Assembly (NCBI RefSeq): GCF_030684315.1
Contig: NC_081366.1
Location: 76,911,723 to 76,975,722, forward strand
From: Stegostoma tigrinum
Lineage: Eukaryota
Direction: 5' to 3'
DNA length: 64,000 nucleotides
How positions within the stretch are numbered: the stretch's first letter is position 1; each line of letters opens with the position of its first letter. Of the stretch, positions 1-11,663 are shown one piece after another. The translations under genes were made by a program, and so were the position numbers. The notes beneath the pieces are model-generated. The model did not search any database. It worked only from the letters and a program-made list of their open reading frames with translations, and had not been told where the DNA came from.

Positions 1-705
1 TAACTTCCATTCACACACACACATCTCTTCAACCTGCAAAGTGCCTCATTCCCTCATATAGCCAACAGATATCCCTGTCCCTCACCTCCAACCCGTGTCT
101 CAGACTGCATAAAAGCACGGATATTTGCTGCTTCTCCAAAATCAATCCAAGGCTGTTTTTTGGCTTATTTGTTGTCTCTGGCAATGACTTCAGAGATGGA
201 TAGTCTATCAGATCTCATTCGTTACTTGAGGTTTTGTAGCTGATTGCTGCAGCTCACTGGCTTTGTAAGCATTGGCATTGTTATGAGATTGGAGTCACAT
301 GTAAGATGGATTTCCTTCCCGAAAGGATATAATCGGACATATTTCGTTCAAAGCAAATTTCACAAATATTGCATGGTGGGATTTTGAACCCAGGCTTGCC
401 TGGTATGCTGGTCTGGGACTGTGCTATACAGGTCTAGTGATATTACCACGACACCACACCTCTCCACATTCTTTGATCCAAAGTGCCTACAGATGAGGAA
501 ACAAACTGACATAATAATATTTAGAATATCTTGCCTTCCTCACACAAACTAATCTGTTTAATTTCTGCCCGTCCATTCTGATTTCCTCAAACTCCATCAC
601 ATTGATTGAAATTGCATAGTTGGTAAACATTCAGTTTTCAAGAATGTAATAAAATGTGAGGCTGGATGAACACAGCAGGCCCAGCAGCATCTCTGGAGCA
701 CAAAA

Positions 706-740
706 GCTGACGTTTCGGGCCTAGACCCTTCATCAGAGAG
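706..740 (-). ncRNA. Minimal hammerhead ribozyme motif in Penelope terminus
   Basis: Reverse complement reads CTGATGA-agggtctaggccc-GAAAC-GTC: conserved core, stem II GGGUC/GGCCC, palindromic ACGU stem III, GUC cleavage triplet. Confidence 0.65.
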
Positions 741-2513
741 GGGGATGGGGGGAGGGAACTGGAATAAATAGGGAGAGAGGGGGAGGTGGACCAAAGATGG
801 AGACAAAAGAAGATAGGTGCAGAGGAGAGTATAGTTGGGGAGGTAGGGAGGGTATAGGTCAGTCCAGGGAAGACGGACAGGTCAAGGAGGTGGGATGAGG
901 TTAGTAGGTAGGAGATGGAGGTGCGGCTTGGTAGGGAGGAAGGGATGGGTGAGAGGAAGAACAGGTTAGGGAGGCAGAAACAGGTTGGACTTGTTTTGGG
1001 ATGCAGCGGGTGGAGGGGAAGAGCTGGGCTGGTTGTGTGGTGCAGTGAGGGGAGGGGACAAACTGGGCTGGTTTTGGGATGCGGTGGGGCAAGGAGAGAT
1101 TTTGAAGCTGGTGAAGTCCACATTGATACCATTGGGCTGCAGGCTTCCCAAGCGGAATATGGGTTGCTGTTCCTGCAACCTTCGGGTGGCATCATTATGG
1201 CACTGCAGGAGGCCCATGATGGACATGTCATCTAAAGAATGGGAGGGGGAGTGGAAATGGTTTGCGACTGGGACTTGCAGTTGTTTCTTGCGAACCGAGC
1301 GGAGGTGTTCTGCAAAGCAGTCCCCAAGCCTCCGCTTGGTTTCCCCAATGTAGAGGAAGCCACACCGGGTACAGTGGATGCAGTATACCACATTGGCAGA
1401 TGTGCAGGTGAACCTCTGCTTAATGTGGAAAGTCATCTTGGGGCCTGGGATAGGGGTGAGGGAGGAGGTGTGGGGGCAAGTGTAGCATTTCCTGCGGTTG
1501 CAGGGGAAGGTGCCGGGTGTGGTGGGGTTGGAGGGCAGTGTGGAGCGAACAAGGGAGTCACGGAGAGAGTGGTCTCTCCGGAAAGCAGACAGGGTTGGGG
1601 ATGGAAAAATGTCTTGGGTGGTGGGGTCGGATTGTAGATGGTGGAAGTGTCAGAGGATGATGCGTTGTATCCTGAGGTTGGTGGGGTGGTGTGTGAGAAT
1701 GAGGGGGATCCTCTTTGGGCAGTTGTGGCGGGGGCGGGGTGTGAGGGATGTGTTGCGGGAAACGCGGGAGACGCGGTCAAGGGTGTTCTCGACCACTGTG
1801 GGGGGAAAGTTGCGGTCCTTGAAGAACTTGGACATCTGGGATGTGCGGGAGTGGGATGCCTCATCGTGGGAGCAGATGTGGCGGAGGCGGAGGAATTGGG
1901 AATAGGGGATGGAATTTTTGCAGGAGGGCGGGTGGGAGGAGGTGTATTCTAGGTAGCTGTGGGAGTCGGTGGGCTTGAAATGGACATCAGATACAAGCTG
2001 GTTGCCTGAGATGGAGACTGAGAGGTCCAGGAAGGTGAGGGATGTGCTGGAGATGGCCCAGGTGAACTGAAGGTTGGGGTGGAAGGTGTTGGTGAAGTGG
2101 ATGAACTGTTCGAGCTCCTCTGGGGAGCAAGCGGCGGCGCCGATACAGTCACCAATGTACCGGTGGAAGAGGTGGTGTTTGGGGCCTGTGTAGGTGCGGA
2201 AGAGGGACTGTTCCACGTGACCTACAAAGAGGCTTTTGCCCACCACCCACTGCATCCCAAAACCAGTCCAACCTGTCTCTGCCTCCCTGACCTGTTCTTC
2301 CTCTCACCCATCCCTTCCTCCCACCCCAAGCCGCACCTCCATCTCCTACCTACTAACCTCATCCCACCTCCTTGACCTGTCCGTCTTCCCTGGACTGACC
2401 TATCCCCTCCCTACCTCCCCACCTACACTCGCTCCACCTATCTTCTTTACTCTCCATCTTCAGTCCGCCTCCCCATCTCTCCCTATTTATTCCAGTTCCC
2501 TCTCCCCATCCCC

Positions 2514-2548
2514 CTCTCTGATGAAGGGTCTAGGCCCGAAACGTCAGC
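2514..2548 (+). ncRNA. Minimal hammerhead ribozyme motif in the inverted Penelope terminus
   Basis: ctctCTGATGAagggtctaggcccGAAACGTCagc, with CTGATGA at 2518-2524 and GTC at 2543-2545. Confidence 0.65.
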
Positions 2549-3419
2549 TTTTGTGCTCCTGAGATGCTGCTTGGCCTGCTGTGTTCATCCAGCCTCACAT
2601 TTTATTATCTTGGATTCTCCAGCATCTGCAGTTCCCATTATCACAGTTTTCAAGAATGCCTCGCTTTTCATGCAAATGTGAACTACTGCAGTTTCAGAGA
2701 TACAGAAATCAAAGTGGAAAACATTGCAGGTACTCAACAGTTCAGGCAGCCTCTGTGAACAGACTTAAGTGTGATTGCCCTCAAAGACTGAATACGATTT
2801 TCTCTCTGCTTCTAAAACCCTGCTTTCAATCCGCTCTCAGACAGATGAAGTTATGTTTTGTTAATATAGGGATGACATCTTGTAGCTGGAACTGAAGGTT
2901 GAATTTGCCTGTTTCTATCGTTGATGTAGACAATACACCCCAATGCTTTCCACCTGGAGAATTAAACAACAATGCTTTAGTTGTGCAGTTCATTAGCATT
3001 ACTCCTCTGTCTGAATCGCAAGGATGTTTGGGGACTCTTGTAACACTGTGGAAGTGTTCCAAACTCCAGGCCAGAAAGAGCTGTGTTCAAATCCCATGTA
3101 GCCTTAGAGGCGTGACATTATATGTCCAAACATGTTGATAACTAATAATTGGAAATGGAGAATGTGACTGCTGATATTATCCAAGGGGATTAAACCCATT
3201 TATTCAGAGTTCATGTCGCTGGGTCTATTGTAAAATACATTTTGCTATGTATGAGAATGGTGCATTTACCACAAAAGGTATGAGTGTATTTTTCATTTCC
3301 TGTCTGATAATTGCTGTACAAAGGAGTGGTGTGTGGGATTTCAGACTCTGCATAAATAATTACAAAAGTATTGTTCAATGACACTTATTGTTTGAAAACT
3401 TTATCTATATGACACACCT

Positions 3420-5080
3420 TTGGTGGCTCAGTGGCTAGCACTGATACTTCATAGCATCAGCAACCTAGGTTCGATTTCACACTCAGGTGACTGTGTGGAG
3501 TTAGCAACTTCTCCCTGTGTCTGTGTGGAGTTAGCACATTCTCCCTGTGTCCGTGTGGAGTTAGCACCTTCTCCCTGTGTCTGTGTGGAGTTAGCACATT
3601 CTCCCTGTGTCTGTGTGGAGTTAGCACCTTCTCCCTGTGTCCGTGTGGAGTTAGCACCTTCTCCCTGTGTCTGTGTGGAGTTAGCACCTTCTCCCTGTGT
3701 CTGTGTGGAGTTAGCACCTTCTCCCTGCATCTGTGTGGAGTTAACACATTCTCCCTGTGTCCGTGTGGAGTTAGCACATTCTCCCTGTGTCCGTGTGGAG
3801 TTAGCACATTCTCCCTGTGTCTGTGTGGAGTTAGCACCTTCTCCCTGTGTCTGTGTGGAGTTAGCACCTTCTCCCTGTGTCCGTGTGGAGTTAGCACATT
3901 CTCCCTGTGTCCGTGTGGAGTTAGCACATTCTCCCTGTGTCCGTGTGGAGTTAGCACATTCTCCCTGTGTCCGTGTGGAGTTAGCACATTCTCCCTGTGT
4001 CTGTGTGGAGTTAGCACATTCTCCCTGTGTCCGTGTGGAGTTAGCACCTTCTCCCTGTGTCTGTGTGTAGTTAGCACATTCTCCCTGTGTCTGTGTGGAG
4101 TTAGCACATTCTCCCTGTGTCCGTGTGGAGTTAGCACCTTCTCCCTGTGTCTGTGTGGAGTTAGCACCTTCTCCCTGCATCTGTGTGGAGTTAACACATT
4201 CTCCCTGTGTCCGTGTGGAGTTAGCACATTCTCCCTGTGTCCGTGTGGAGTTAGCACATTCTCCCTGTGTCCGTGTGGAGTTAGCACATTCTCCCTGCGT
4301 CTGTGTGGAGTTAGCACCTTCTCCCTGCGTCTGTGTGGAGTTAGCACATTCTCCCTGCGTCTGTGTGGAGTTAGCACCTTCTCCCTGTGTCTGTGTGGAG
4401 TTAGCACCTTCTCCCTGTGTCTGTGTGGAGTTAGCACATTCTCCCTGTGTCTGTGTGGAGTTAGCACCTTCTCCCTGTGTCTGTGTGTAGTTAGCACATT
4501 CTCCCTGTGTCTGTGTGGAGTTAGCACCTTCTCCCTGTGTCTGTGTGGAGTTAGCACATTCTCCCTGTGTCTGTGTGGAGTTAGCACATTCTCCCTGTGT
4601 CTGTGTGGAGTTAGCACATTCTCCCTGCGTCTGTGTGGAGTTAGCACATTCTCCCTGCGTCTGTGTGGAGTTAGCACCTTCTCCCTGCGTCTGTGTGGAG
4701 TTAGCACATTCTCCCTGTGTCTGTGTGGAGTTAGCACATTCTCCCTGTGTCTGTGTGGAGTTAGCACATTCTCCCTGTGTCCGTATGGAGTTAGCACCTT
4801 CTCCCTGTGTCTGTGTGGAGTTAGCACATTCTCCCTGTGTCTGTGTGGAGTTAGCACCTTCTCCCCAGGTGCTCTGGTTTCTTTCTACAGTCCAAGGGTG
4901 TGCAGGTTAGGTGGATTGGTCATGCTCAATTGTCCCATAGTGTCCAGAAATGTGCAGGCTAAGTGGATTAGCCATGAGAAATGTGTGGTGATGGGGTGGG
5001 TCTGGGTGGGATGCCCTTCAGAGGATTAGTGCGGACTCGATGGGCCAAATGGCCTGCTTCTACACTGTAGGGATTCTATG
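3420..5080 (+). mobile_element. tRNA-derived V-SINE (HE1-like) interrupted by an internal minisatellite expansion
   Basis: Head tggtggctcagtggctagcactg...ggttcgattt at 3421. The body resumes at 4866 (ggtgctctggtttc...ggattggtcatgct) and ends in a ...gggattctatga tail. Confidence 0.8.
3491..4865. repeat. 30-bp minisatellite, about 46 copies (ctgtgtggagttagcac[a/c]ttctccctgtgt)
   Basis: Perfect 30-bp periodicity, no spacers. Confidence 0.98.
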
Positions 5081-5263
5081 ATCTGCTTCAATTTTATATC
5101 CTGGTGTAACATAGTGGTTACTTAAACATCATGTAAAACTAGTGGTTTGTACAATGTTGGCGAATTATGTATCATATTTTCAATGAATTGTTAGCTTTTA
5201 GTCTGCTGGGTGTTCCTCAGTCCAAACCGTGTCTCTTCAACATCGTTCCTTGTTTCTTGGCAG

Positions 5264-5539
5264 ATCTACACTCGGGTTTTCAGCTATGCTGCTCTAGAGA
5301 GTTACTTGCCACGGATCAGCAACGTGGTGGTGAAGACAGTGAGAGACTGGTGTGCCAGGGAAGGCCCTATCAGGGTCTATCCAGAAAGCAGGAAGCTCAC
5401 CTTCCGGATAGCTCTGGCTGTTCTGCTGGGATCGTCACCGGCTGAGGAGGAGATGATCGATCTGCTCACCACCTTCGAGCAACTTACCAACAACATTTTC
5501 TCTTTGCCCCTGGATCTCCCAGGCTCGGGTTACCGAAAG
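5264..5539 (+). CDS. CYP26: Cytochrome P450 family 26 (CYP26B1/C1-like retinoic acid hydroxylase), internal exon (equivalent to exon 3 of the 6-exon CYP26B1/C1 structure)
   Basis: ttggcag|ATC...AAG|gtacac, 276 bp, phase 0/0. Encodes IYTRVFSYAALESYLPRI...KLTFRIALAVLLG...FSLPLDLPGSGYRK, matching the CYP26 'FS..ALE.YLP.I', 'LTFR.A..LLG' and 'FSLP.D.P.SG.R' motifs. Exons 1-2 were not found in the window and presumably lie upstream. Confidence 0.93.
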
Positions 5540-5954
5540 GTACACTCTACTCTCCCACGAAGTGGGAAGGGGTCTCTTTCAATATTTCTGCAACTTCTTA
5601 TGTTCTCCTGGCCATGTTAATAACATGGGTCAAATAACTAGTCACTGAGCAGTGTGCTGGGTGGCTTAGTTTTTCTGAAAACAGTAAAACACATAAGTTG
5701 AGAAACAGGTTGAAGCAACTAGTTTCAGAGAATGCAGTCAATATATACACAGCTAAATAGATCATTCGAGGTGGCCCTATAACGTAATGTACACAAAGCA
5801 CCTCAAGTCCCTAAAAGTGAAGCCTCTTACGGACAAGGTACACTACAACATCCACTTCCTTTTCAAAATTTTCCAATTTTTTATTGGAAGAATGGGGCAG
5901 TTATCCCGCTCAGCCTTTACATTTCATCCAACGTCACAGAAACAGGTAGTCTTG

Positions 5955-6100
5955 TTGTTAGTGGGAGCTTGCTGTGCTCAAAATGGCTGCTGCATTTCTT
6001 ACGTGACAACAGTGACGACACTTCAAATACTTCATTGGCTGCCACCTGCTTTGGAGTGCCCTGGGATTGTCAACGGCGCTAGGTAAATGCAAATTGTTAC
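5955..6100 (+). mobile_element. Deu-domain/SacSINE-type SINE fragment
   Basis: gtgggagcttgctgtgctcaaaatggctgctgcatttc...acttcaaa...gctaggtaaatgcaa; related copies at about 26130, 33100-33260 and 41710-42070. Confidence 0.55.
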
Positions 6101-6645
6101 TTTGTTTCTTCCTTAATGTTGCAGTGAACATGGATTGAAGTTCCATCTATCTCTAAAGGTGGAGAAAGTGAATCTTAGGCTGAAGCTTCAATACTGAATC
6201 AATCCAGCATTCATCTCTCCGAATAGAACAAAGTCAGAAGAGAGATGGGATTAGCCTTGCTTCTACAAGTTAGACACCATCCTGACTTGGAAACATATCA
6301 TTGTTCTTTCAGTGTCACCCTGCATTTAAGATCTAGAACTCCCTTCTTAACAGCACCTACCCCACACATACTACAGGGGTTTTAAAACATAGCACACCAA
6401 CACCTTCTCAAGAGGCAGACAAAAAATGTTGGCCTAGCCGGCAACATCTACGTCCTGTGGATGGATGAATGAATGAACAAATTAAAAATTATTATTTTAT
6501 CAAGCAAACCCTCTAGTTAATACTTCATTTCAATGTTAGCTTCAGGAATCAGTGACTAAGACCATTATTGGCTACCCAATCACAGAATACAGGAGACAGG
6601 GAGGCAGTAACGTGTGTAAATTCATGAATCCTGTTCTTCCTCCAG

Positions 6646-6795
6646 GGGATACAAGCTCGGAACAGACTGCATGAATACTTTGGAAGGGCCATAGAGGATA
6701 TGCTTCAATCTACTCCTGAATATCCAACAGCACTGGGAATTCTGATACAGAGCAACAAAGAACATGGGACAGATATAAACACACAGGAACTGAAG
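6646..6795 (+). CDS. CYP26: CYP26 exon 4 (absent from the ORF track)
   Basis: cctccag|GGG ATA CAA GCT CGG...GAA CTG AAG|gtaag, 150 bp, phase 0/0. Encodes GIQARNRLHEYFGRAIEDMLQSTPEYPTALGILIQSNKEHGTDINTQELK, like the CYP26 'GI.AR..L...AI...AL..LI.S.KEHG....QELK' pattern. Confidence 0.9.
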
Positions 6796-7189
6796 GTAAG
6801 AATCAGTGAACATACAGCCTGAAGCTCAGGTTCAGGTTTTTTTTTGTGCTGAGTGTGCACTAATCAAAGCCAGCATTACGGGGCTCAGAAATAGACCTTT
6901 CACACTCAGTGTCAGAGTTCAGAACTCCCGGGTCAAGCCTAAGATGGATCAATAAATGCAGCGATCCCATCTAACCCCACCTCAGCCCTTCCAGCTATGT
7001 GAGATTTTTAAAAGTAATTGAAATTCAAAACAATGACAGTTTGTATTTGAAATAAAAATGAAGGGTCTAGGCCCAAAACATCAGCTTTCCTGCTCCTCTG
7101 ATGCTGCTTGGCCTGCTGTGTTCATCCAGCTCTACACCTTGTTATCTCAGAGCTAGAGAAACTCAGCAAGCCTGGCAGCATCTGTGGAG

Positions 7190-7620
7190 AGTACAGCATG
7201 GAAACAGACCCTTCAGCCCAACTAGTCCACGCTGACTAGATATTCTATATAAATCTAGTCCTATTTACCAGCATTTGGCCCATTTCCCTATAAACCCTTC
7301 CTATTCGTGTACTCAGCCAGATGCCTTTTAAATGCTGTAATTGTACCAGCCTCCATCACTTCCTCTGGCAGCTCATTCCATACACACACCACCCTCTGAA
7401 TGAAAAAGTTGTCCCTTAGGACACTTTTAAATCTTTCCCCGCTCACCTTAAACCTATGCCGTCTAGTTTTGGACTCCCCTACTCTGGGGAAAAGACCTTG
7501 ACTATTCACCCTAACCAAGGCTCTCATGATTTTATAAACCTCTACAGGTCACCCCTCAGCCTCCAATGCTTCAGGGAAAATAGCCCCAGCCTATTCAGCC
7601 TCTCCCTGTAGCTTACACCC
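7190..7620 (-). mobile_element. CR1 LINE 3' fragment
   Basis: Encodes TRRHRFKV.GERFK...FF.QRVV.VWNELPEEV, the CR1 ORF2 C-terminus. Confidence 0.85.
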
Positions 7621-8140
7621 CAGAGTTAATGTTTTGGGCCCAGTGACTCCTCTTCAGAACTGAGCAATTCAAATTTGTCTTAATCTAAACTATCTCTGAC
7701 TATGAGAGGCATTTAAGAGGTTAATTTAATCCAGTCGTAAACTCTGATTTGCTCCCAGTGTAGGGAATGGGAACTTGTACAGATCTCCCTGAGCTAACTG
7801 CTTTAACAGCAACAGCCTAGTGATAACGAAAACAGCAACTGCTGTAGAAACTCAGCAGGTCTGGTAGCATCTGTGGAGAGAGACACACACGTTCCAGGTC
7901 CAATATGACACTTCTGTAGAAATCTGAAGAAGGGTCAATGGACTCAAAGCGTTAACTGCTTTCTCTCTCGCTGCACAGAATTTCTCCAGCAGTTGTTGTT
8001 CTTATTTTCTTCTGGAGACCTAGCCTAGTGACATCTACGGGCGTTGATGGGAGCCCTAGAAAAGCTTGAACCGTTCGATATATCCTGCCAAAGCAATCAG
8101 GATTTGAGCTTCGCAAAGCGCTGACATTGTTTCATTGTAG

Positions 8141-8413
8141 GAGGCGTTGGTGGATCTGATGTTTGCGTCGTGCTCTACAACCGCCAGTGCGTGTACGTCC
8201 CTTGTCCTGCAGCTGCTGAAGAATCCGGAGATCCTTGCCAAGTTGAGGTGCGATCTCCAGGCGAAAGGATTCCAGTCTGAAAATGCAGCAATGCTGCGCC
8301 TTAGCGAATTCAGCCACCTGCAGTACCTGGGCAATGTAATCAAGGAAGTGCTGAGGCTTTTGTCCCCTGTATCAGGGGGGTACCGGGTGGCACTGCAGAC
8401 CTTCGAGCTGGGA
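8141..8413 (+). CDS. CYP26: CYP26 exon 5 (I-helix, K-helix ExxR)
   Basis: cattgtag|GAG...GGA|gtaag, 273 bp. Encodes EALVDLMFASCSTTASACTSLVLQLLKNP...VIKEVLRLLSPVSGGYRVALQTFELG. Confidence 0.94.
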
Positions 8414-8459
8414 GTAAGTTGGTTTATTTTAAATCCCACTACATTTCTGAAGAAGGGCC

Positions 8460-8673
8460 TAGGTGTGTATGTCAATGGGCGTGATATTTTGCAGAACTAA
8501 CGCAGATCTAGATTTTGTGTTCAGCCTGCAACATTAGAGAACTAACGTTTTCCTTCACTAAGCTACATCACAGCACGGTCCTATCTACCTCAAAATTTAC
8601 CAAAGTCATACAGCCAAAAAGCATAGAAACAGACCCTTCGGTCCAAACAAGACCACGCCGAACATAATCCCAA
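8460..8673 (+). repeat. 214-bp local duplicate of 10799-11012, inserted inside a Penelope terminus
   Basis: Near-identical to 10799-11012; flanked by ttctgaagaagggcc(tagg) and (cccaa)cgtcagctttcc. Confidence 0.9.
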
Positions 8674-9446
8674 CGTCAGCTTTCCTGTTCCTCTGATGCT
8701 GCTTGGCCTGCCGTGTTCATCCAGCTCTACAACTTGTTATCTCAGATTCTCCAGCATCTGCAGTTCCTACTATCTCTACTTACAAATGTCATCTGTTTTG
8801 GAAATTACACTGATTTTTATCTGATAAACTCCCCCAGTGAAAGGGCTTCTGCTGTTCGCGCTTTGCTCATAAAGATCTTGATTAATACGTAAAATCAAAA
8901 TCCCAGAATTTGTCCTGAGATAGTAAGAACGGCCGATGCTGGAGTCAGATATAACAGTGTGGAGCTGGAATAATGCAGCGGGTCAAGCAGCATCAGAGGA
9001 TCAGGAAAGTTGATTTTTTTGTATCTGGTATTCATCCGGATATTGACAAGAAAAACGTATCTGATGATAACTTAGCGCCACTGATACCTCCCCAGTGATT
9101 AAGACATACTGCATTCTCTGGCTTCACCAATATTTGAAGGTTGATTCTGTCCAATGCTACTGACATACAATATTGCTTCATTGGCCCTAAGTGTAGCCAC
9201 GGTTTGCTGTTTTCAAATCTTAAATGGTTTATAGTATGTGTAGTTGAAATGCTGTTTATAATCAGTAGGTGTCATCATTCCTGTTTGCTGGTCATTTTCA
9301 AAAATCTAGTAAAGTTACGAATTCTATTAGAGTCAGTCTTGTTACACCCTACCTTTTGACCAATATCAAAACATACAGTATATGTAGAAGGAGGCTGTTC
9401 AGAAAGAGAGTGCAGGAGGCTTTGGCAGAGAGCTGGGACGATATTT

Positions 9447-10074
9447 TGTAATGATGCTGTGGATTTAAGAAGTGTATTTTGTCCTGGTTTCCTCGAAGAG
9501 AGATTGAACGAGAGGATCTGATCAGTCTATGGTCACGTGAACAGCTTGTGAGGTTTTGAGAGTTCTTTCAAAGTTGGAACAGTAGAAGCTGCCGAGATGG
9601 GTGGGCTACCTCTCAGAGCAGGGTTCCGAGTTTCTTTTAGCTTTCAGATTCAGCAGAAGCTGCTGCAGTTTTGTAGAAGTACAAGCTGTTTTATCCTCTC
9701 TCTCCATCGCAGCTAGAAGCCGGGGTTTCTCTCCCTACTGTGGGTGTTGCAATGAGAATCTGTGTCTGAATTTGCCTTTTTGCTAAAGGGGTGTGATTAA
9801 GGGATGTTGCTAAATTGGAACAGTTAATTAGTAATAGTTATTATATCTATTATTATTAGAAGTTTTCCAACAGAGTTATTCTAAATTCCTCCTTCGTTCT
9901 TTGTATTTTAATTGCAGTTTTGAACACAATGTATTTTGATTAATGTCGAGCAGTTTGACCATACAAATTCATCTGGAACATGGCATTCTACATCTGCCTT
10001 TAAAATAAGAAAAAGTTTAGTGTCTAGACGACTTTCTTAAATTATTTAGAGGGCGTCCGGTCTGGTCCGTAACA
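9447..10074. mobile_element. Probable solo LTR (Gypsy-like termini)
   Basis: Starts TGTAATG, ends CGTAACA, 628 bp, flanked by atatt(t)/atatt. Confidence 0.5.
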
Positions 10075-10939
10075 ATATTAATTCCTATTCAATCCTTGTT
10101 TATTAGCTGCATTTAACATTCTTTTGAATAAATTAACAAATCACAATTATTAGTAGCAACGCATTTTTTTAATGACACATTAGAGTAATTGTTTCAAGTA
10201 CTGGACGTCAATTTAAACATAGAGATTTCAAATAATATGGGAACAGATTCAGACCTAAGGTCCATCCAAACAAACTAAACCCGGGATATGCAAATGTGAC
10301 CGGATCAATTAGGCTTATGCATTAATGTAAACATGTAATTACTTAGAGTTCATGTTTATTTATTCGTGGAAATGATCTGGCCATTTCCCCTAAGCCTGTG
10401 CTGTTGTAGGCACCCTAGCCATCTTCTACTGCATCTAGGGGTCGAGGTTGGATCATGACTGAAGGGGGTCCATGGATAAAGCTCTAGGTAAGAGTAGGAA
10501 GAACATGCTCAATGATGCTCTCACCCTGAAGGCTGCCTTTGAGTGCAGCTGCATCGCTCTGTGTGTAGTCCCTCGGTACGTAGGTGTCACTACACACCGA
10601 GGTCCACCTGCCCTTGTTATTGCGAGGGGTGAGATTGGCCTTACAGCCACGGAATGCTCCAAGCGCTTGGACAGTCCTGGATTTCGTCAGGAACAGATAT
10701 TGAGCGATTCGCGCATACATTGCAGGTAAATGGAGCAGTGGTTTCGATCAGCCATGATTGAAGCAAAGATCTCTACGTAACTGGAAAGGAACTTGATTTA
10801 GGTGTGCATGTCAATGGGCATGATATTTTGCAGAACTAACGCAGATCTAGATTTTGTGTTCAGCCTGCAGCATTAGAGGACTAACGTTTTCCTTCACTAA
10901 GCTACATCACAGTACTGTTCTACCTACTTCAAAATTTAC

Positions 10940-11415
10940 CAAAGTCATACAACCAAAAAGCATAGAAACAGACCCTTCGGTCCAAACAGGACCACGCCGA
11001 ACATAATCCCAAATTAAACCAGCCCCACCTGCCTGCTCCTGACCCATATCCCTCCAAACCTTTCCCATTCATGTACTGATCCAAATGTCTTTTAATCGTT
11101 GTGACTGTACCCACATCCATCCCTTCCTCAGGAAATTCATTCCACACACAAACCACCCTCTGCGAAAAATATTTACTCCCCCCCCCATGTCTTTTCTAAA
11201 TCTCTCTCCTCTCACCTTAAAAACATGCCTCTAGTCTTGAAACCCCCATCCTATCCCTAACTGGATCTATACCCCTCATTATTTTGTAAACTTCTGTAGG
11301 ATCACCTCTCAGCCTCCTATGCCTCAGTGAAAAAAGTCCCAGCCTATTCAGCTTTTCTTTATAATTCAAACCCTCCATATCCGGCAACATCCTGGCCAAT
11401 CTCTTCTGAAGCTGG
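10940..11415 (-). mobile_element. CR1 LINE 3' fragment
   Basis: Encodes RMLPDMEGLNYKEKLNRLGLFSL.RRLRGD and VWNE.PEE motifs. Confidence 0.85.
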
Positions 11416-11663
11416 TATCCCACTACATGATACATGGAGAGAAAGAACCTTTCATCCAATAGTCAGAACCACATTCATCATTAGAGATTGGTGTACTCAG
11501 TGACCTCTGGTTTCAGAGTAATTATTTAATGCAGAATCATTGTGTCCTGTTTAAAATATGCCAATGGTTTTATCACAAAAGGTGACAGTGATGACAAATT
11601 TGTGAGAGAGAGAGAAAGAATTGCTCAAGTACATAACTGTGTCAATGTTTTCTATCCTTTTAG

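Larger units (their letters stand above)
647..2643 (-). mobile_element. Penelope-like retroelement (5'-truncated RT + GIY-YIG), with an inverted copy of its terminus and a 15-bp TSD
   Basis: ORF fragments include FHRYIGDC...FLDLSV...FKPTDSHSYL (RT/thumb) and CTSANVVYCIHCTRCGFLYIGETKRRL (GIY-YIG). 2245-2610 is the reverse complement of about 647-1010. TSD cagttttcaagaatg at 632-646 and 2644-2658. Frameshifted. Confidence 0.9.

Noticed and set aside
3420-4910. Long ORFs (216-466 aa) on both strands; CRISPR-like periodicity
   Set aside because: A 30-bp unit is a multiple of three and lacks stops, so it yields open frames trivially. There are no unique spacers, the context is eukaryotic, and the unit is SINE-derived.
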